This document shows positions 12,511 through 24,140 of a stretch of DNA of 64,000 bases, piece by piece. The first letter of the stretch is position 1; each line of letters starts with the position of its first letter. The position numbers were made by a program, and so were the translations under genes. Where the stretch lies: contig OZ237739.1 in NCBI GenBank assembly GCA_965178125.1, positions 310,001-374,000 of the forward strand, in the 5' to 3' direction. The notes below the pieces were generated by a model. That model did no database searches. It saw nothing but the letters and a program-made list of their open reading frames with translations, and had not been told where the DNA came from. The DNA is from Bilabrum cf. latius. Lineage: Eukaryota.

Positions 12511-15378
12511 AGGCATGGGCATGGGCATGGATCAGGACGCGATGCGAGCGGGATGATGTTCCAGAGCCCGGGATTGGGAGGAAGCCTTGGCGGTGCGGGG
12601 CGAGCCAGAACGCGAGCGCGAGGAAGAGCGGGACGTAACCGAAGGGGATCCATGGCTGGGCTAGTAGACCGGCTGGCTGGGCTGCAGGGGGCCTCTGCCG
12701 CCCGCGAGGCGCACGTCGCCGGAGGCTCCCTCGGTCTCGCGCCCGAACCAGGGTCTGATAACCCGCAGCAGCTGCTGCCGGGCTCCAGTTCCCTGGGTCT
12801 GCCCGTCGGTGGGATCGCAGGGGGCGGGCGCGGGCCGGAGGCCTCCTTCCTGAGTGACTCTGGGGTGGAGAGTGATGGTCCTCCGGCGGTTGGCCAGAGT
12901 GGCGTCTCATCGTCGCTCGCCGGTCCGGGCGCAGCCCGAGGAAGGGCAGGGAAACAGGGCAGCCCGCGGCGAGGCCAGGGCGAGAGCAAGGGCGGAGGCG
13001 GAGGCGGGGGCGGGGGCGGGGGTGCAACGGTTGGCGGTGCGAGGGGCGGCATGGTCACGGAACAGGGGATGACTCTGCTGCAGCGGCAGCCGGTGCTGTC
13101 TCCGGAGGGGGCGGCCCTCGGGGAGGACCACGACGAGTCGCTGGCCTTCCTCCTCTCCCAGAGAGACCTTCCTTCGGGTGTGACGAGTGGTGGTGCACCC
13201 GGGGAGGGTGTCTCGTCCGCGGCGGCGGGGGCTGCTGCGGCGCTGCTGCTCAGCGGCGGGGGGCCCGCGGGTGGGGCGGGGAGCGAGGGCACGGGCTGGC
13301 GCCGCGTGCGCGTGGCGGTGGATGGCAGCCGGCTCGCGTCCCTTGTGCTGCGGTGCTTGTGCGGCGCGGGTGCGGCGGTGGGGATCGAGGAGCCTGTTCG
13401 AGCAGCGAAAGAGGCGGCGAGGGCGTCGGCGGCGCAGGCCAGATCGTCGCTCGCACAACCTCCGTCCGGAACAAGCAGTCGACACCCCCCCTCTGGCGCA
13501 AGCCACAGGGGGGGTGCAGATAAAGAGGAAGCCTCCGGTGTCGAACTGTCCGGAGCAGCAGGAGGCTTGACTGCTGGGGAACACGAAGCGATGGTTCCCC
13601 ACTACATCGGCCTGGCGTCCACTGACGGACCGCTGCGTGGTGCTTCCAGGTCATGCCGGAGCCTCCAGGCACAGGACACCGCGAGGCACCCGTGGTACGA
13701 CCCCAGTTGCGACCTGGCGGCACAGATGGCCCTCCAGGACGCGCACAACCACCGAGCGAGCGCCGCCGGTGCCGGTGGTAGGGCTCGGGAAGAAGCAGGG
13801 ATGGTGCGATCCACCACCGTGTGCGTGGGTGGGGGTGGCGCATCTGGGGGGGATGGTGGTTCGGACAACGTGACGGTCGTGGTGCAGCTGGCGAGGGCCG
13901 GCGGGCCGCCCCCACTCGAGGTGGAGTCGAGGCTCCTGGCGGCGGCCGCGCCCATATTCGCCGCTGCAGCCGCGCGCCTCTCCGGGTCCGTCAGGACAGA
14001 GGCCACCCGCGCGGCTGCCAGGGTGGCGATCGGGCGGGCCAAGGCCGAGATCCGAAGCGCGGCGCGTGACATGGCCACCGCCACCGACAGCTCCGAGCGC
14101 CTGCAGGCCGAGATGGGCCGGCTGCAGCGGAGGGTGAGGGAGCTCGTGCGAGACGGTGCGAGGTGGGAGCAGGAGAGGAAAGAGCTCCGGCATAAGGCAA
14201 GGGAGGCGGGCAGGGGCACGGAGCAGATCCAGAGGGAGGCGGCGGAGTCTGCGGCCAGGGAGGGGCAGGCGAGGGAGATGCTGCAGCAGGCGAGGCAGGA
14301 GGCTCGGCGGGCGGAGGAGGCTGCCAGCGTGGCGGCTGCGCGGGTGGAGCAGGAGCTGAAGAAGAGGCAGGAGGCGGAGGAGGCCGTGGCGCGCGCGAGG
14401 CAGTCTGCGGAGGCAGAGGCCGAGCGCAGGTGGGCGGGCGTGACTGAGCAGGCCCGTGCAGAGGCAGCGGAGGCGCAGGAGCTGCAGGCGCGACTGGTGC
14501 TGGCCGAGGACGATTTCGTTCGTTTAATGGGCCACTCCAGGCTCCTCGCGTCTACTCTGAGGGGACTCGTGGCTGCGGACGGCAGGATCACAAAGTCGAG
14601 GCTCAGGCGCGCCCTAGGCTCCTGCCAGTCGGTGGAGGACACGGACTCTGGGATCGATGCGATCGAGGCGCAGCAAAGGCAGGGTCAGGTGCCAGTGGCC
14701 GGGATGCTCCTCCAAGGACCGGACCAAAGCAGAGGCGGCGGAAGGGCGATGCCGCTGCTCACGGACGGAGTCAGCTCGACGACTGCCGTTGGCCGCTCTG
14801 CTCCCCAATCCATCCCTCCGCCGAGGCCTCCTTTCGCTCTGGTGGGGACGTCTCGCACGAGCGAGGGCAGCGAGCCATTCAGGGTCATGGGGGGGTCCTC
14901 CATAACAGGCAGCCACCATAACAGCAGGGCCGGTAGCGGTAGAGCAATTCTCGGCTCGGCTGGCAGTGCTGGTGCTGGTTCTGGTGCTGGTGCCGCTTTC
15001 GGTGGCATCAAGAAATCCACCAGCCGACGGGTTTCATTTTCCTCGGAAGGCGAGCACGGGGGCCGAGCACCTGCTCCGTCGTCTCCCGCGCGAGGAAGTG
15101 CTCACTCTGTCGCAAGGGAACAGCGCGCTGCGGGCTCCGACTCGCTAGGGGAAGGCGCCCCGTCGCTGGTGGACTCGAGCGTGATGGGGTAGCAGCAGCA
15201 GCAGCAGCAGCAGTTGCCACAGGGCGGCAAGGAGCTGGGGGTGGAGGGGTAGTCCGGGAACGGCAGGGTCGATGAGGGCGATGCACGCATGCAATCTCCC
15301 GGGCAAGAAGGGGGGCACTCGGATCTTTTGAGTCCTGCCTCGTGGCGCGAAGGGGGTGGGCAGGAAGGTCTTGGATGA
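8284..15378 (+). CDS. Giant Sfi1-like centrin-binding repeat / coiled-coil protein (about 2360 aa with TAG=Gln)
   Basis: ORFs 8284-8565, 8737-10497, 10504-11847 and 11860-15192 are one frame joined by TAG; the first TGA is at 15376-15378. Many Arg/Ala-rich helical repeats with periodic Trp (e.g. VLRTWR, WFRSWR, FFSIWR, AFAGWK, AFFGWR) resemble Sfi1 repeats. A C-terminal E/A/R coiled coil follows. Confidence 0.7.
12460..12530 (+). repeat. (CATGGG)n microsatellite encoding a His-Gly dipeptide tract
   Basis: About 12 near-perfect CATGGG units, translated HGHGHG...HRHGHGHG within the Sfi1-like CDS. Confidence 0.9.
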
Positions 15379-15457
15379 TATGAAACCAGATTTTCGGCAT
15401 AGAACTACACGGTATAAACACGAAACGCTCTCGGGAAAAAATACTTTTTCGGTCGCC

Positions 15458-16945
15458 ATGCTCGGCTACACCGCCGTCTTCTTGCTTGCATTTGCAGCTA
15501 CCATATCTGCCGAGCCAGGGCCTCGCTCATGGATGCCACTTCTGGAGGCAGGGACGCAGACTGGGGTCGTGTACGGCGAGGGTAGCTCACCGCTGGCTAG
15601 CAACAAGACGTCTGCTGGCTTCTAGATTCTCGTAAAGGCGGGGGCGCGTATCTTCCCCATGGCCATGGCCTGGAGTGATTTGGAGACATCTCCGGGCAAC
15701 ATTAATGTCACAGAGCTCGAGAACTTGCTCCAGGTGAGCATCCGCCTACTTTGTGGTCCGTTGTGAACGCCAGTTTTGGGTCAAATCCACGTCCTGGCAG
15801 CATGATTTGCCGCTCTTGTTCTTGCGATTTCACAGGTGTTGCATGCGGGTGGTTTCAGGGCCATGGTTCACATTGATCTGATCCAAACGTACGGCGTAAC
15901 GGTCCCCTCGGACTTGCAAGATCCTAAGGACCAGAACAAGCTCAGGCCAGGTCTGAATTTCGATTCTCTGCAGCTCATCCAGCGCTATCTCATGGTTCTC
16001 TCCAAGGCTGCCCCGCTGGTGACGAAGTACAACGGCTTTTTCCTCGGCTTCGGCCAAGAGGTCGGCCAGTTTTTGATCCAGAACCCCATCTACTAGGACC
16101 CCTTCGTCCGTCTGATTGCGCTCTCGGCGGAATTCAGCAGGAACGTAAGCTCGCCTCAGCTAGCCACGGGCGTGTCGCTCACACACCGAACCCTGATTGA
16201 CGAGCGCTCGCACCCCGTCATCGAGCACCTGCTCCAGGCCTGCGACGTCACCCCGCTCACTTACAAGGCGTGGGACTCCAAGAGCGATTTCATGGTAGAG
16301 GACCCCAGCGCCCCCGCCGAGGACCTCCCCGCCATGGTGCTGGCCCTCCCCCAGGGAGTCCCACTGGTCCTGGCCCAAGTGGGCTACGCCTCTGGGTATC
16401 TACCCCCGAGGAAGGCCGGGGACAACAGCACCATCTTCAAGCAGTACGCCTTCTACCACACACTCTTCTCCGTCCTCGCGGGGCCCGGGGAACAAGGGAT
16501 CGCGGGGGTCCTGAGGAGCGGCCAGGGGCACGGCAGCGCAATGGCAAAGCAGATGTCGCGCGGCGCCGCAGCGGTCACCGTACCACAGGAGGGGCCGCAG
16601 CGGTCACCGTCGCGCGGCGCCGCAGCGGTCACCGTCCCACAGGAGGGGCTCGGGGCCATTGCAAAGGGCCAGGGTGCGGGGCCCAGCATCCTGCGGGTGC
16701 TCGTCGTGGACATGCTCGTGGACGTGCCGCGTAGCACCTGCGAGCAGCTGAGTCGCCAGTACACCATCCCAGCCGTGTATCTGGAGGACCTGTGCTCCAC
16801 GGGCCTCTTCGCCGAGGACGGGGCGCAGAAGCCTGCGATGGACAGCGTGATCCACGGGTTTCTGTCGCTCTCGGCAGCGGCGGAAGCAGCCTCTGGCTCC
16901 TCACAGCCTCGCGCTGACGCAAGGAGGCTGGCTGCGGCGCTGTGA
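15458..16945 (+). CDS. Secreted glycoside-hydrolase-like (clan GH-A TIM-barrel-like) protein, 2 exons
   Basis: Signal peptide MLGYTAVFLLAFAATISA and motif AWSDLETSPG. Intron 15734-15835 (GTGAG...CACAG). In-frame TAGs at 15623-15625 and 16094-16096. GFGQEVG and PLVLAQVGYAS resemble GH-A catalytic strands. Ends TGA. Confidence 0.6.
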
Positions 16946-17248
16946 GCGCGGTGCCCCTTTCCGGCTCTCGGTGGCAATTTGCGACCGAAGTGCTGCGTCC
17001 ACGCCGCCACAGTGACATCCGGGCTGGCACGTGTGCACGCCCGCTGGCGCGGCTTGAGAGGGTGGGGTGGACAGCACAGCTATTGTAGCTATAGTGATTT
17101 GTACTTGCTCAATAACAACACTTGCTTATTTACATTCAACACAACACTTGCCAGCCGGACAGTAGTTTACAGTGCCGTATGCCGGCATCCACCTGGCACG
17201 CCCAATCGTGGATGCCCCGAGAAACGCAGCCAGTAGAGCGGCTCAACA

Positions 17249-19588
17249 TCACTCGTGGACAATTGCGGGCCCTGCCATGGTCGTCCTGGTCGGCAGCCGG
17301 GCCGCCTCTGCGTCTGGATCCCCCGCCCTCCGCGCCTCCTCCCCGCCCATGCCCCTGTAGAACTTGCTGTACCACAGCGCCACGGGCTCTCGGAGGCATG
17401 CAGTCTTTCCCACTCTTTCTTCCATCCCGATCTTCGTGTCGCTCTGCTTGTCTAGACTTGCTGGTTTCTTCCCCATCGACGTGAAGTGCATGGTGAACGC
17501 ACCGTCATCGTACCCGGTGGGTCCCTCCCTGGGCCTCCAGGCCTTCCTGACTTGGGTGTCATTCGCGTGGGGCTCGTAGGGAATCCGCACCATCAGCTGG
17601 GACCCGTACAAGAGCTCCTTCTCTTCCGCTGTCAGGGAGCGGAAACGGCCAGCAGGTGAGCGAGCAGAGTTGATGCCGCCTGCCGCACGGTCGCCCCGCA
17701 AACTCTGCTGGTCCTGCTGCTGCTAGCCCTCTTGACCTGAGGTTGCTCCCTCTTGACCGGAGGCTGCTCCCGACCCACTTAGTTCTCTTTCTCCATCTAA
17801 TTCCTTCTCATTTGCCGCATCTTTGCCGGCCAGCCAACGCGCACCGCCATCCCCAGGCGACCTCCAGGTGCCGTTCCAGAGCGACCTGATGGTATCCACA
17901 TCAGGCTGCACTGGCCATTGCTCACTGCCAACGCTGCGCCAAGCCAGCGGTTGAAGTGCTCTCTACAGCCCGCCCTCTCCCTCCCCTGCCACTGCTGCAG
18001 CCGACAGCTGCCTTAGAACCCTGCTCCCATTGCCACCACCTCCACGCTGGGTCTACGTATTACGAATGACGCCGTCACCGCCCTCCTATCCGCCCTTGGT
18101 TCTATTTGCCTTCCTCTCCGCAGCCAGCTCGTAGAACTTTCTGAGTGGAGGCAGCGGCCTGTCCACGGGCCTGCCCTTGCCGCAGGGCACAGGCAGCGCG
18201 GGGTCGCACCCGATGGCCCGGAGGTACCCCGGGATGGCCTCTTTCTTGTCGTAGTCGAACCCGGGCGGATGCATGGGCGGGCCATACCACTCGTCATACG
18301 CCGCGCTCGGTGGCCGCGCCTCTCTCTCTTTCTTGGTGGCGTTGAGGGGCGCGGGCCAGCGCATCCTCAGCCTGGCCAGGAGATCCAATTCCACCTTGCG
18401 CCTGGCGCGGGAGTTCTTGGGAGCTGACTGCAGGACCCGTTCCTCGTGGGGGGTTGCAACCGCCCGCCAGGGCTCTGCGAATCCGGCCTCCACCGCGCTG
18501 GCCCGGGACAGTCCCAGCCACCTGGGGTTGCACGAGCACATGGTCGCTATCTGGTCGTACCTGGGGTCCAGGAAATGGATCAGGGGCATGCCTTTCTGCC
18601 TCCTCTCCAGCTCCTTCTCCAGATTGTAGCCCTTTGGTATGGCGGCGGTGTTTCCCGTCCTTGGGTCCCTGTGCTGCCCCTTGGCGTACTGGGAATCGAC
18701 GTACTGCACGTTGGGAATGTACGCGTGGTCCTGGTCCGACGTGTAAGGCCAGTGCCCGGGGGGGTCACCCTCGTGCCATGTCCTGATGTATACGGATCGG
18801 ATCACCGCCATGTCACCCTGCCTCCACTCCTGGTTCTGCGGGAGTGGCTTGTGCATCATGTCCTCGAAAAACTTGATCCTTTCCTTGGACGGCTTGAGGC
18901 TCCAGGTGCCCCCGCCCACCTTGCCGCCCTCGTTCAGATTGCAGGCATTCCCAGTCAGCGCGCAGATGAGCTCATCATCCGTGAGCAGCAGGTGGTCTAT
19001 GTTCCTCTGCACTATGATGTCCGAGTCCATCCAGAGCACCTTGTCGAACTCGTAAAAGCCCCACACCTTGAGCTTGCTGAGAGCCACGCCCCAGAACGTG
19101 GTGCGCCCCCCGGCCACCTGTTTGTTGTACTCTGTCTCCTTGAAGGCATCTACTACGCGCACCTGGACTCCGAGACGGTGGAATGCCCGCAAGTACTCCG
19201 GAGAAGCCACTGCAAGCGGGCTCCTCGAGTTGCTGCAGGTTGTCTCACCCTTGAGTAGGACGCTTTCCCCGTGATTCTTGCAGTACATAGAGCCAGTCGT
19301 TGGCTATACTAGCATTGCAATAAGATTGGGAACGCGAGTTCCTACGTCTCTGAGGCTCTGGAAGAGAGCTACGGCGTTTCGAGCCGAATCGTCAGTTGCT
19401 GCCATCGTTACTATAGCCTTTCTAGACAGGTCGCTCGTAGCCTACATTGATGGGATCAACCGAGACTAAGATAACTATCTATATTGCATGCCATAGTCGG
19501 AGGTCACCTGCTCAGCTCCAGGGGCAGCACCGGCGGATGCTTGAATAAGTGTGAATAGCACGACCAGAGCCCAGGTATGCCCAGCCAT
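17249..19588 (-). CDS. Glycosyltransferase family 8 (glycogenin-like) with N-terminal signal/anchor
   Basis: Core ORF 18086-19288 has LSKLKVWGFYEFDKVLWMDSD (DxD motif) and QGDMAVI. Reading TAG as Q extends it 5' to MAGHTWALVVLFTLIQASAG...KAIVTMAATDDSARNAVALFQSLRDVGT (the GT8 N-terminal motif) and 3' to TGA 17249. Confidence 0.85.
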
Positions 19589-19951
19589 CGTATCAAAGAC
19601 CATTCAAAACCGACTGATAGACAAACAAATGCCAATCTAGTGTAGGCATGCGCTTCTAGCTTGAACGATGCCGCACGGCACAACTTCGTTTGGTGTCACA
19701 GTACGGACGCTTCGTGATAGGATATAGATCTAGTTTAAAGGAGACAAACCGCCAACGCACCTAGTGAGATTGAAGCAGTATGAATCCTTGATTCTTATGA
19801 TATGTCGATGGCTACGTGGTTGATGCGAGGCGGTAGGCGCCATGATCCAATCACTCCGAGTCTTCGCTGCAGCCGTGCCCACCCTGCACCTCCATCAATA
19901 GGTCATAGTCAACACATAAGCTGCACCACCGCATTTATCAATTTCATACCC

Positions 19952-22900
19952 TCACCGGCCCGGAGCCTCAATGGCTGTGGCCCCTGCCAGCGCTTGCCCT
20001 TGCTCCCCTCCCTGCTGACACTCGCGATACAACACCTCTCCGCATCGCAGCAACTGCCACGCACGAACGCGCAGGTCATTCAATCCCTCGAGTGCGTCCC
20101 AACCACTCTGACCGTCCCCACTTTGACCATGTAGCCGCAGCCGATCGAGTGGACTCTGGCCCTCCCTGACCCAACGGGGGCACCCTTCCAGATCCACGCG
20201 CAATGGGGGCCTGCAGCCGAGGGTGGGGCGCCAGCAGCCCGATGCAGCAGCCTCCGAGAGCAAACTTGCGATGCCTATGTCTCTCTTTGCAGGTTCGGAG
20301 ACAGTGGTGGATTTTGGTGCCGGTGCAGGGGATGAGCTCTAGTCCGAGGGTGTACTGGCAGCTGGGCTGCGTCCTCCATTGCCATGCTACTGCATCCAAG
20401 ACACGTCCCACAGCAGCACGTCCTCTTCCAGAACCGGCCTGTTCCAACCAGCCGCAATGTATGATGCACGCCCGCTCGAGGGAGCAGAAGACGCTGCCGC
20501 CGACGACTCATTGGCTGCACGCCCAGTGCCACGTACCGCCTGGCCGACGTCAAGCCATGTCCGCGACCCGACCGCTTTGCACAAGGCAGCTACCTCCCGC
20601 AGCAGCGCTCCTAGCAAGTCCCGGTGCGTGCGCATTCGAGGCGGAATCGGCTTCTTAGACGGGCTCATCTTGAAGGAATGGCTGCTGCCTCTCCGCCCCT
20701 TCGATCCCTTCGATCCCTACGCCCTCCCTCTCCCGGACCTCTCCGCCCCTCTTCTCCCAACCCCCGTTGCTGCTGGTACTGCTGTTCGTGCTAGTGCTTG
20801 CGTTCCTGCATGCGCTTGATTCCATCTGCCTCTGCTCGGTGCATCCATGGCTCCAGCAAGAGCTAGTCGCAAGACAGGGCCATGCCGCAGCGCACACTCT
20901 GCGCACACCCGAGCTACTGCCATCCACTTGCAGGCTGCCTCCAGCCTCTCCTAGCCACTTGCTCTACTGGCCGAGAACCGAACGCCTGCAACTGCGACTA
21001 CACCTGCGCCTGCGCCTGCAACTGCAACTGCACCATTGCCTTCGTGCGGCGTGCTTGGCCCCGCCCGAGATCGAGTCTAAAAAGGCCCGATGGCCTATGC
21101 CAACACACCCATTGAATCGGCAGTCCGCGTCTCAGTTCGTGCCCGCTTTGCCTTGGGCTCCGACGCTCCATGCAGCCCTTGCTCGCAGTTCAGTCCCTGC
21201 TCGGAGCTGGCACCGGCTTCGGCAGAGGCTTCCAGCACATCTCTGGGCCGAATGTGCAAAAGGGCGGCTCTGGAATGAGCGGTAACTCGACTAGCGAGCA
21301 ATATCCACGTGCGAAGGAGCATATTTCGCATGTTTTGCGTCCCAGCGGATTCCTCGGGTGGAGGAGGTGCACCTAGTCCTGTCTGCTATCGAGCAGCCGA
21401 GCCACCACCCCCGCGCCTGGAGCTATCAGCAGCTGGCTGAGTTGTCCTAGAGCTGCTGCCTGCCAACCATTGCTACTTGCACAGCCCGTGGCCCAGCAAG
21501 AGCAGCAGGATAGTGAGTGCTTGGCCTGGCTGCATCCAGCCAGCGTCCAACAATCGACGGAAATCTCGAGTCACCCTCGACTGCAGGAGCATGCCTCTGC
21601 TGGGTGCCCAAGCTCCCCCGTCCCGACTGCTGCCGTGGGTGTGCGGGCTGCAAGAAAGCTGACTCGCGGCCGGCTATGGCTATGGCTATGGCTTGGGCTT
21701 GGGCTTGGTCGGCATGCGTCGACCTGTGGCAGCCCTGCTGCCGTTTCTTGCAATTGCGCGGTCGTCTTCGCTGTTGCAGGCTTGACCCGCCGCGCTGGCC
21801 ACCATCTGCAGCATCCTCAGCTGCAGCAGCTTCCACATTGTCCTCCTGGCGACGCCTGACTTGACCTAGGCAGAGGCAGCATTGACATTCACGGGCTCCG
21901 GAGACTCGTCATGCAGCGCCCCAGCCGGCCTGGTCGCGGCACTGCCACCGTGACTGCGTCCAGCCGTGCTGCGCTCGCTCCGCAGCTGCGCCGACCCCGT
22001 ACTCTCCAGTCGCCGCACGAGCCGCGCCTGCCGAGCGACGGCTCTAGCGCTCGATGCTGTGCGCTACTTCCGGTGGGTCTGCCAGGCACGATGCGGTTGC
22101 AATGCTTGCACTGGCCCATCCGCGGTAGCGTGACTCGGGTCCAAGCCAGTGCCAGTGGCAGTGGCAGTGGCAGCCCTCGCGCCGCCTTTGGAGTTGGGTG
22201 CTCCGATCGGGCGCTTCCTCTTGCAACCGGCAGCCGATGAAAGCGGTGCTGGCGGCTATTGGACCCAATTAGGACCAGCGAGTGGGTCTTTTGGCTGACT
22301 GTCGGGCTGCTTGGATTGAGCGAGCGTCTCGGCCTGCCCCAGCGCGAGGCAGGCGGTCCGAACGACCTAGCGTAGTGAGGCGTGTGAAGCGAGACACGAC
22401 TCACGTCGCCACAGAGACAATGAATAGAATGCTGCCGCAGAGGCCAGCTGTTGCTTAGCTGCTTCTGTGTACCCCAGCTTGTGCAAGGCCAGTCCGTGCC
22501 TGCCAGCAGCGTGAGCCTGCCAGTACCAGACTCCTGGCGCCTGCCGTTTGTCAGCGCCTGAAAGCAGCCTCTCCCGGTACCGCATGATATCACCCTCTCG
22601 GACCAGCAATATCTGGATCAAGGCTCTCGCAACTGACTGATCACAATTCTGGAATTGGCATATTTCGTGCCGAAGGTGTCCACAGGATTGAGCGATTTGC
22701 AAGAGCAAGCTCGCATCTTTCGTTCGCGACGCCGCAGGGTGCACTTTAGTTTTCCATATATTAGCCTCACGCTTGATAGCGGCCTCCAGATTGACTGGGG
22801 CATCGGCGTCGTGGGGCTCCGTCACTGATTTGAACGCAAGTGCAACCTCGTCACAGAGCGCCATCAATCGCTCTACCACAAACCCTAGGGGCTGTCTCAA

Positions 22901-23107
22901 TGAATAAGGGTCAACTGAAGCATCCGCCGCTGCATTGGACTCTAATACTGCTACGTCAGCAGTATGCGGGGTCGATGTGCAAGCAGTGATGAGTGTGACC
23001 TCGGCAAGAACAGCGTGCGCTCGTCTGCACGTGAAGCCGGGGTGCTAGGTCGAGCAAGGAATGGCAGAAGCAGCTGATACAAGTAGTAAGACTTCGCTAC
23101 GACCCAT
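19952..23107 (-). CDS. Est1/SMG5-SMG6-SMG7-like protein (14-3-3-like N-terminal domain); start uncertain
   Basis: LVREGDIMRYRE...WYWQAHAA...GLALHKLG...AAAFYSLSL resembles the Est1/SMG GDLxRYR...YYxxA...GxxYNQLA...YYxRSL pattern. ORFs 22367-22900, 21095-21331, 20717-20923, 20387-20668 and 19952-20263 are one frame joined by TAG, ending TGA 19952. An in-frame ATG lies at 23107. Confidence 0.55.
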
Positions 23108-23118
23108 GGCTCTTTGCG

Positions 23119-23748
23119 GTGCTGTTCTCGAGACAAAACATAGATTCCCGTGCGATCCATTGCTTAAGTTTCGCAGAGCTCAAGTTTGTTGTGGAGTACA
23201 CAGGGCTTATGCGAGACAGCGGGGAAGACTACACAATTGATAGGAAGCATACAGTGGGTTTTAAGGACAGCGAGTCGCTGGAGCTGCTACAGTCCAAGAT
23301 TTCGACCCAACGCGCTACGTACGTTCCCGGCGGTCACCACCGCTCACTGCGCTTTGCCGGATGGAAATACGTGGATGACGATGTGTGCAACTGGAATCAT
23401 ACAGACAACGATGGGTGGAAGGAGCACCGAGGCCTGCTTGTAGTCGGCGGGAAGGTGTCGGCGGTCTCAGAGATGGAAGGGGTTTTGCAGGTCACCGTGG
23501 AGGCAGCCACGGAAGGCACCGAGCGCGACTATCACGCAGTGGTCGTGGAATCTGCTGCTACATATATGAAGTGGATCGAACCCGAGGGGGCTGACGGGGA
23601 CACGTACTTTGCGGGCGAGAGGGAGGGGCGCAGGCGGCGGCAGCCGTACTCCAAGCAGGACTACGACAACGCGTACAGCGCGATGAACGAGATGGCGCAG
23701 GGCGGGTGCGGCCCTGAAGATGAGGAGGAGGAGGAAGATGAGGGGTGA
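23119..23748 (+). CDS. Hypothetical protein with acidic C-terminus (start uncertain)
   Basis: A 209-codon open frame of globular-looking composition that ends EDEEEEEDEG-TGA. No recognised domain. Confidence 0.55.
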   Translation: MLFSRQNIDSRAIHCLSFAELKFVVEYTGLMRDSGEDYTIDRKHTVGFKDSESLELLQSKISTQRATYVPGGHHRSLRFAGWKYVDDDVCNWNHTDNDGWKEHRGLLVVGGKVSAVSEMEGVLQVTVEAATEGTERDYHAVVVESAATYMKWIEPEGADGDTYFAGEREGRRRRQPYSKQDYDNAYSAMNEMAQGGCGPEDEEEEEDEG

Positions 23749-23870
23749 TTGAGACGGTGCACCTTGGGAACTTATTCGATGTTACGCAGCCGTGACGCGC
23801 GTGTCAGTGCCGTGAAGCGCGTGTCAATGCATGCTCACAGTCTGATGCTGGTGTGGTTTCAAGTTGGCGC

Positions 23871-24140
23871 CATGTATCACACCATCTCAGCTGCCAGTGC
23901 GTTGCAGGCACCTGTCATGTATCACACCATCTCAGCTGCCAGTGCGTTGCAGGCACCTGTCATGTATCACACCATCTCAGCTGCCAGTGCGTTGCAGGCA
24001 CCTGTCATGTATCACAACATCTCAGCTGCCAGTGCGTTGCAGGCACCTGTCATGTATCACACCATCTCAGCTGCCAGTGCGTTGCAGGCACCTGTCATGT
24101 ATCACACCATTTCAGCTGCCAGTGCGTTGCAGGCACCTGT
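23871..24140. repeat. Minisatellite: 6 tandem copies of a 45-bp unit
   Basis: Unit CATGTATCACACCATCTCAGCTGCCAGTGCGTTGCAGGCACCTGT starts at 23871, 23916, 23961, 24006, 24051 and 24096. Copies 4 and 6 each carry a single substitution. There are no spacers. Confidence 0.97.

Noticed and set aside
23877-24104. UGA recoding (selenocysteine or Trp) in the repeated TGA codons
   Set aside because: TGA is the terminator of most genes here, including the conserved C-termini of Pth2 and SOD. No SECIS or selenoprotein motif was recognised.
23871-24140. CRISPR-like array
   Set aside because: The units are contiguous and near-identical with no unique spacers. There are no cas genes and the context is eukaryotic.
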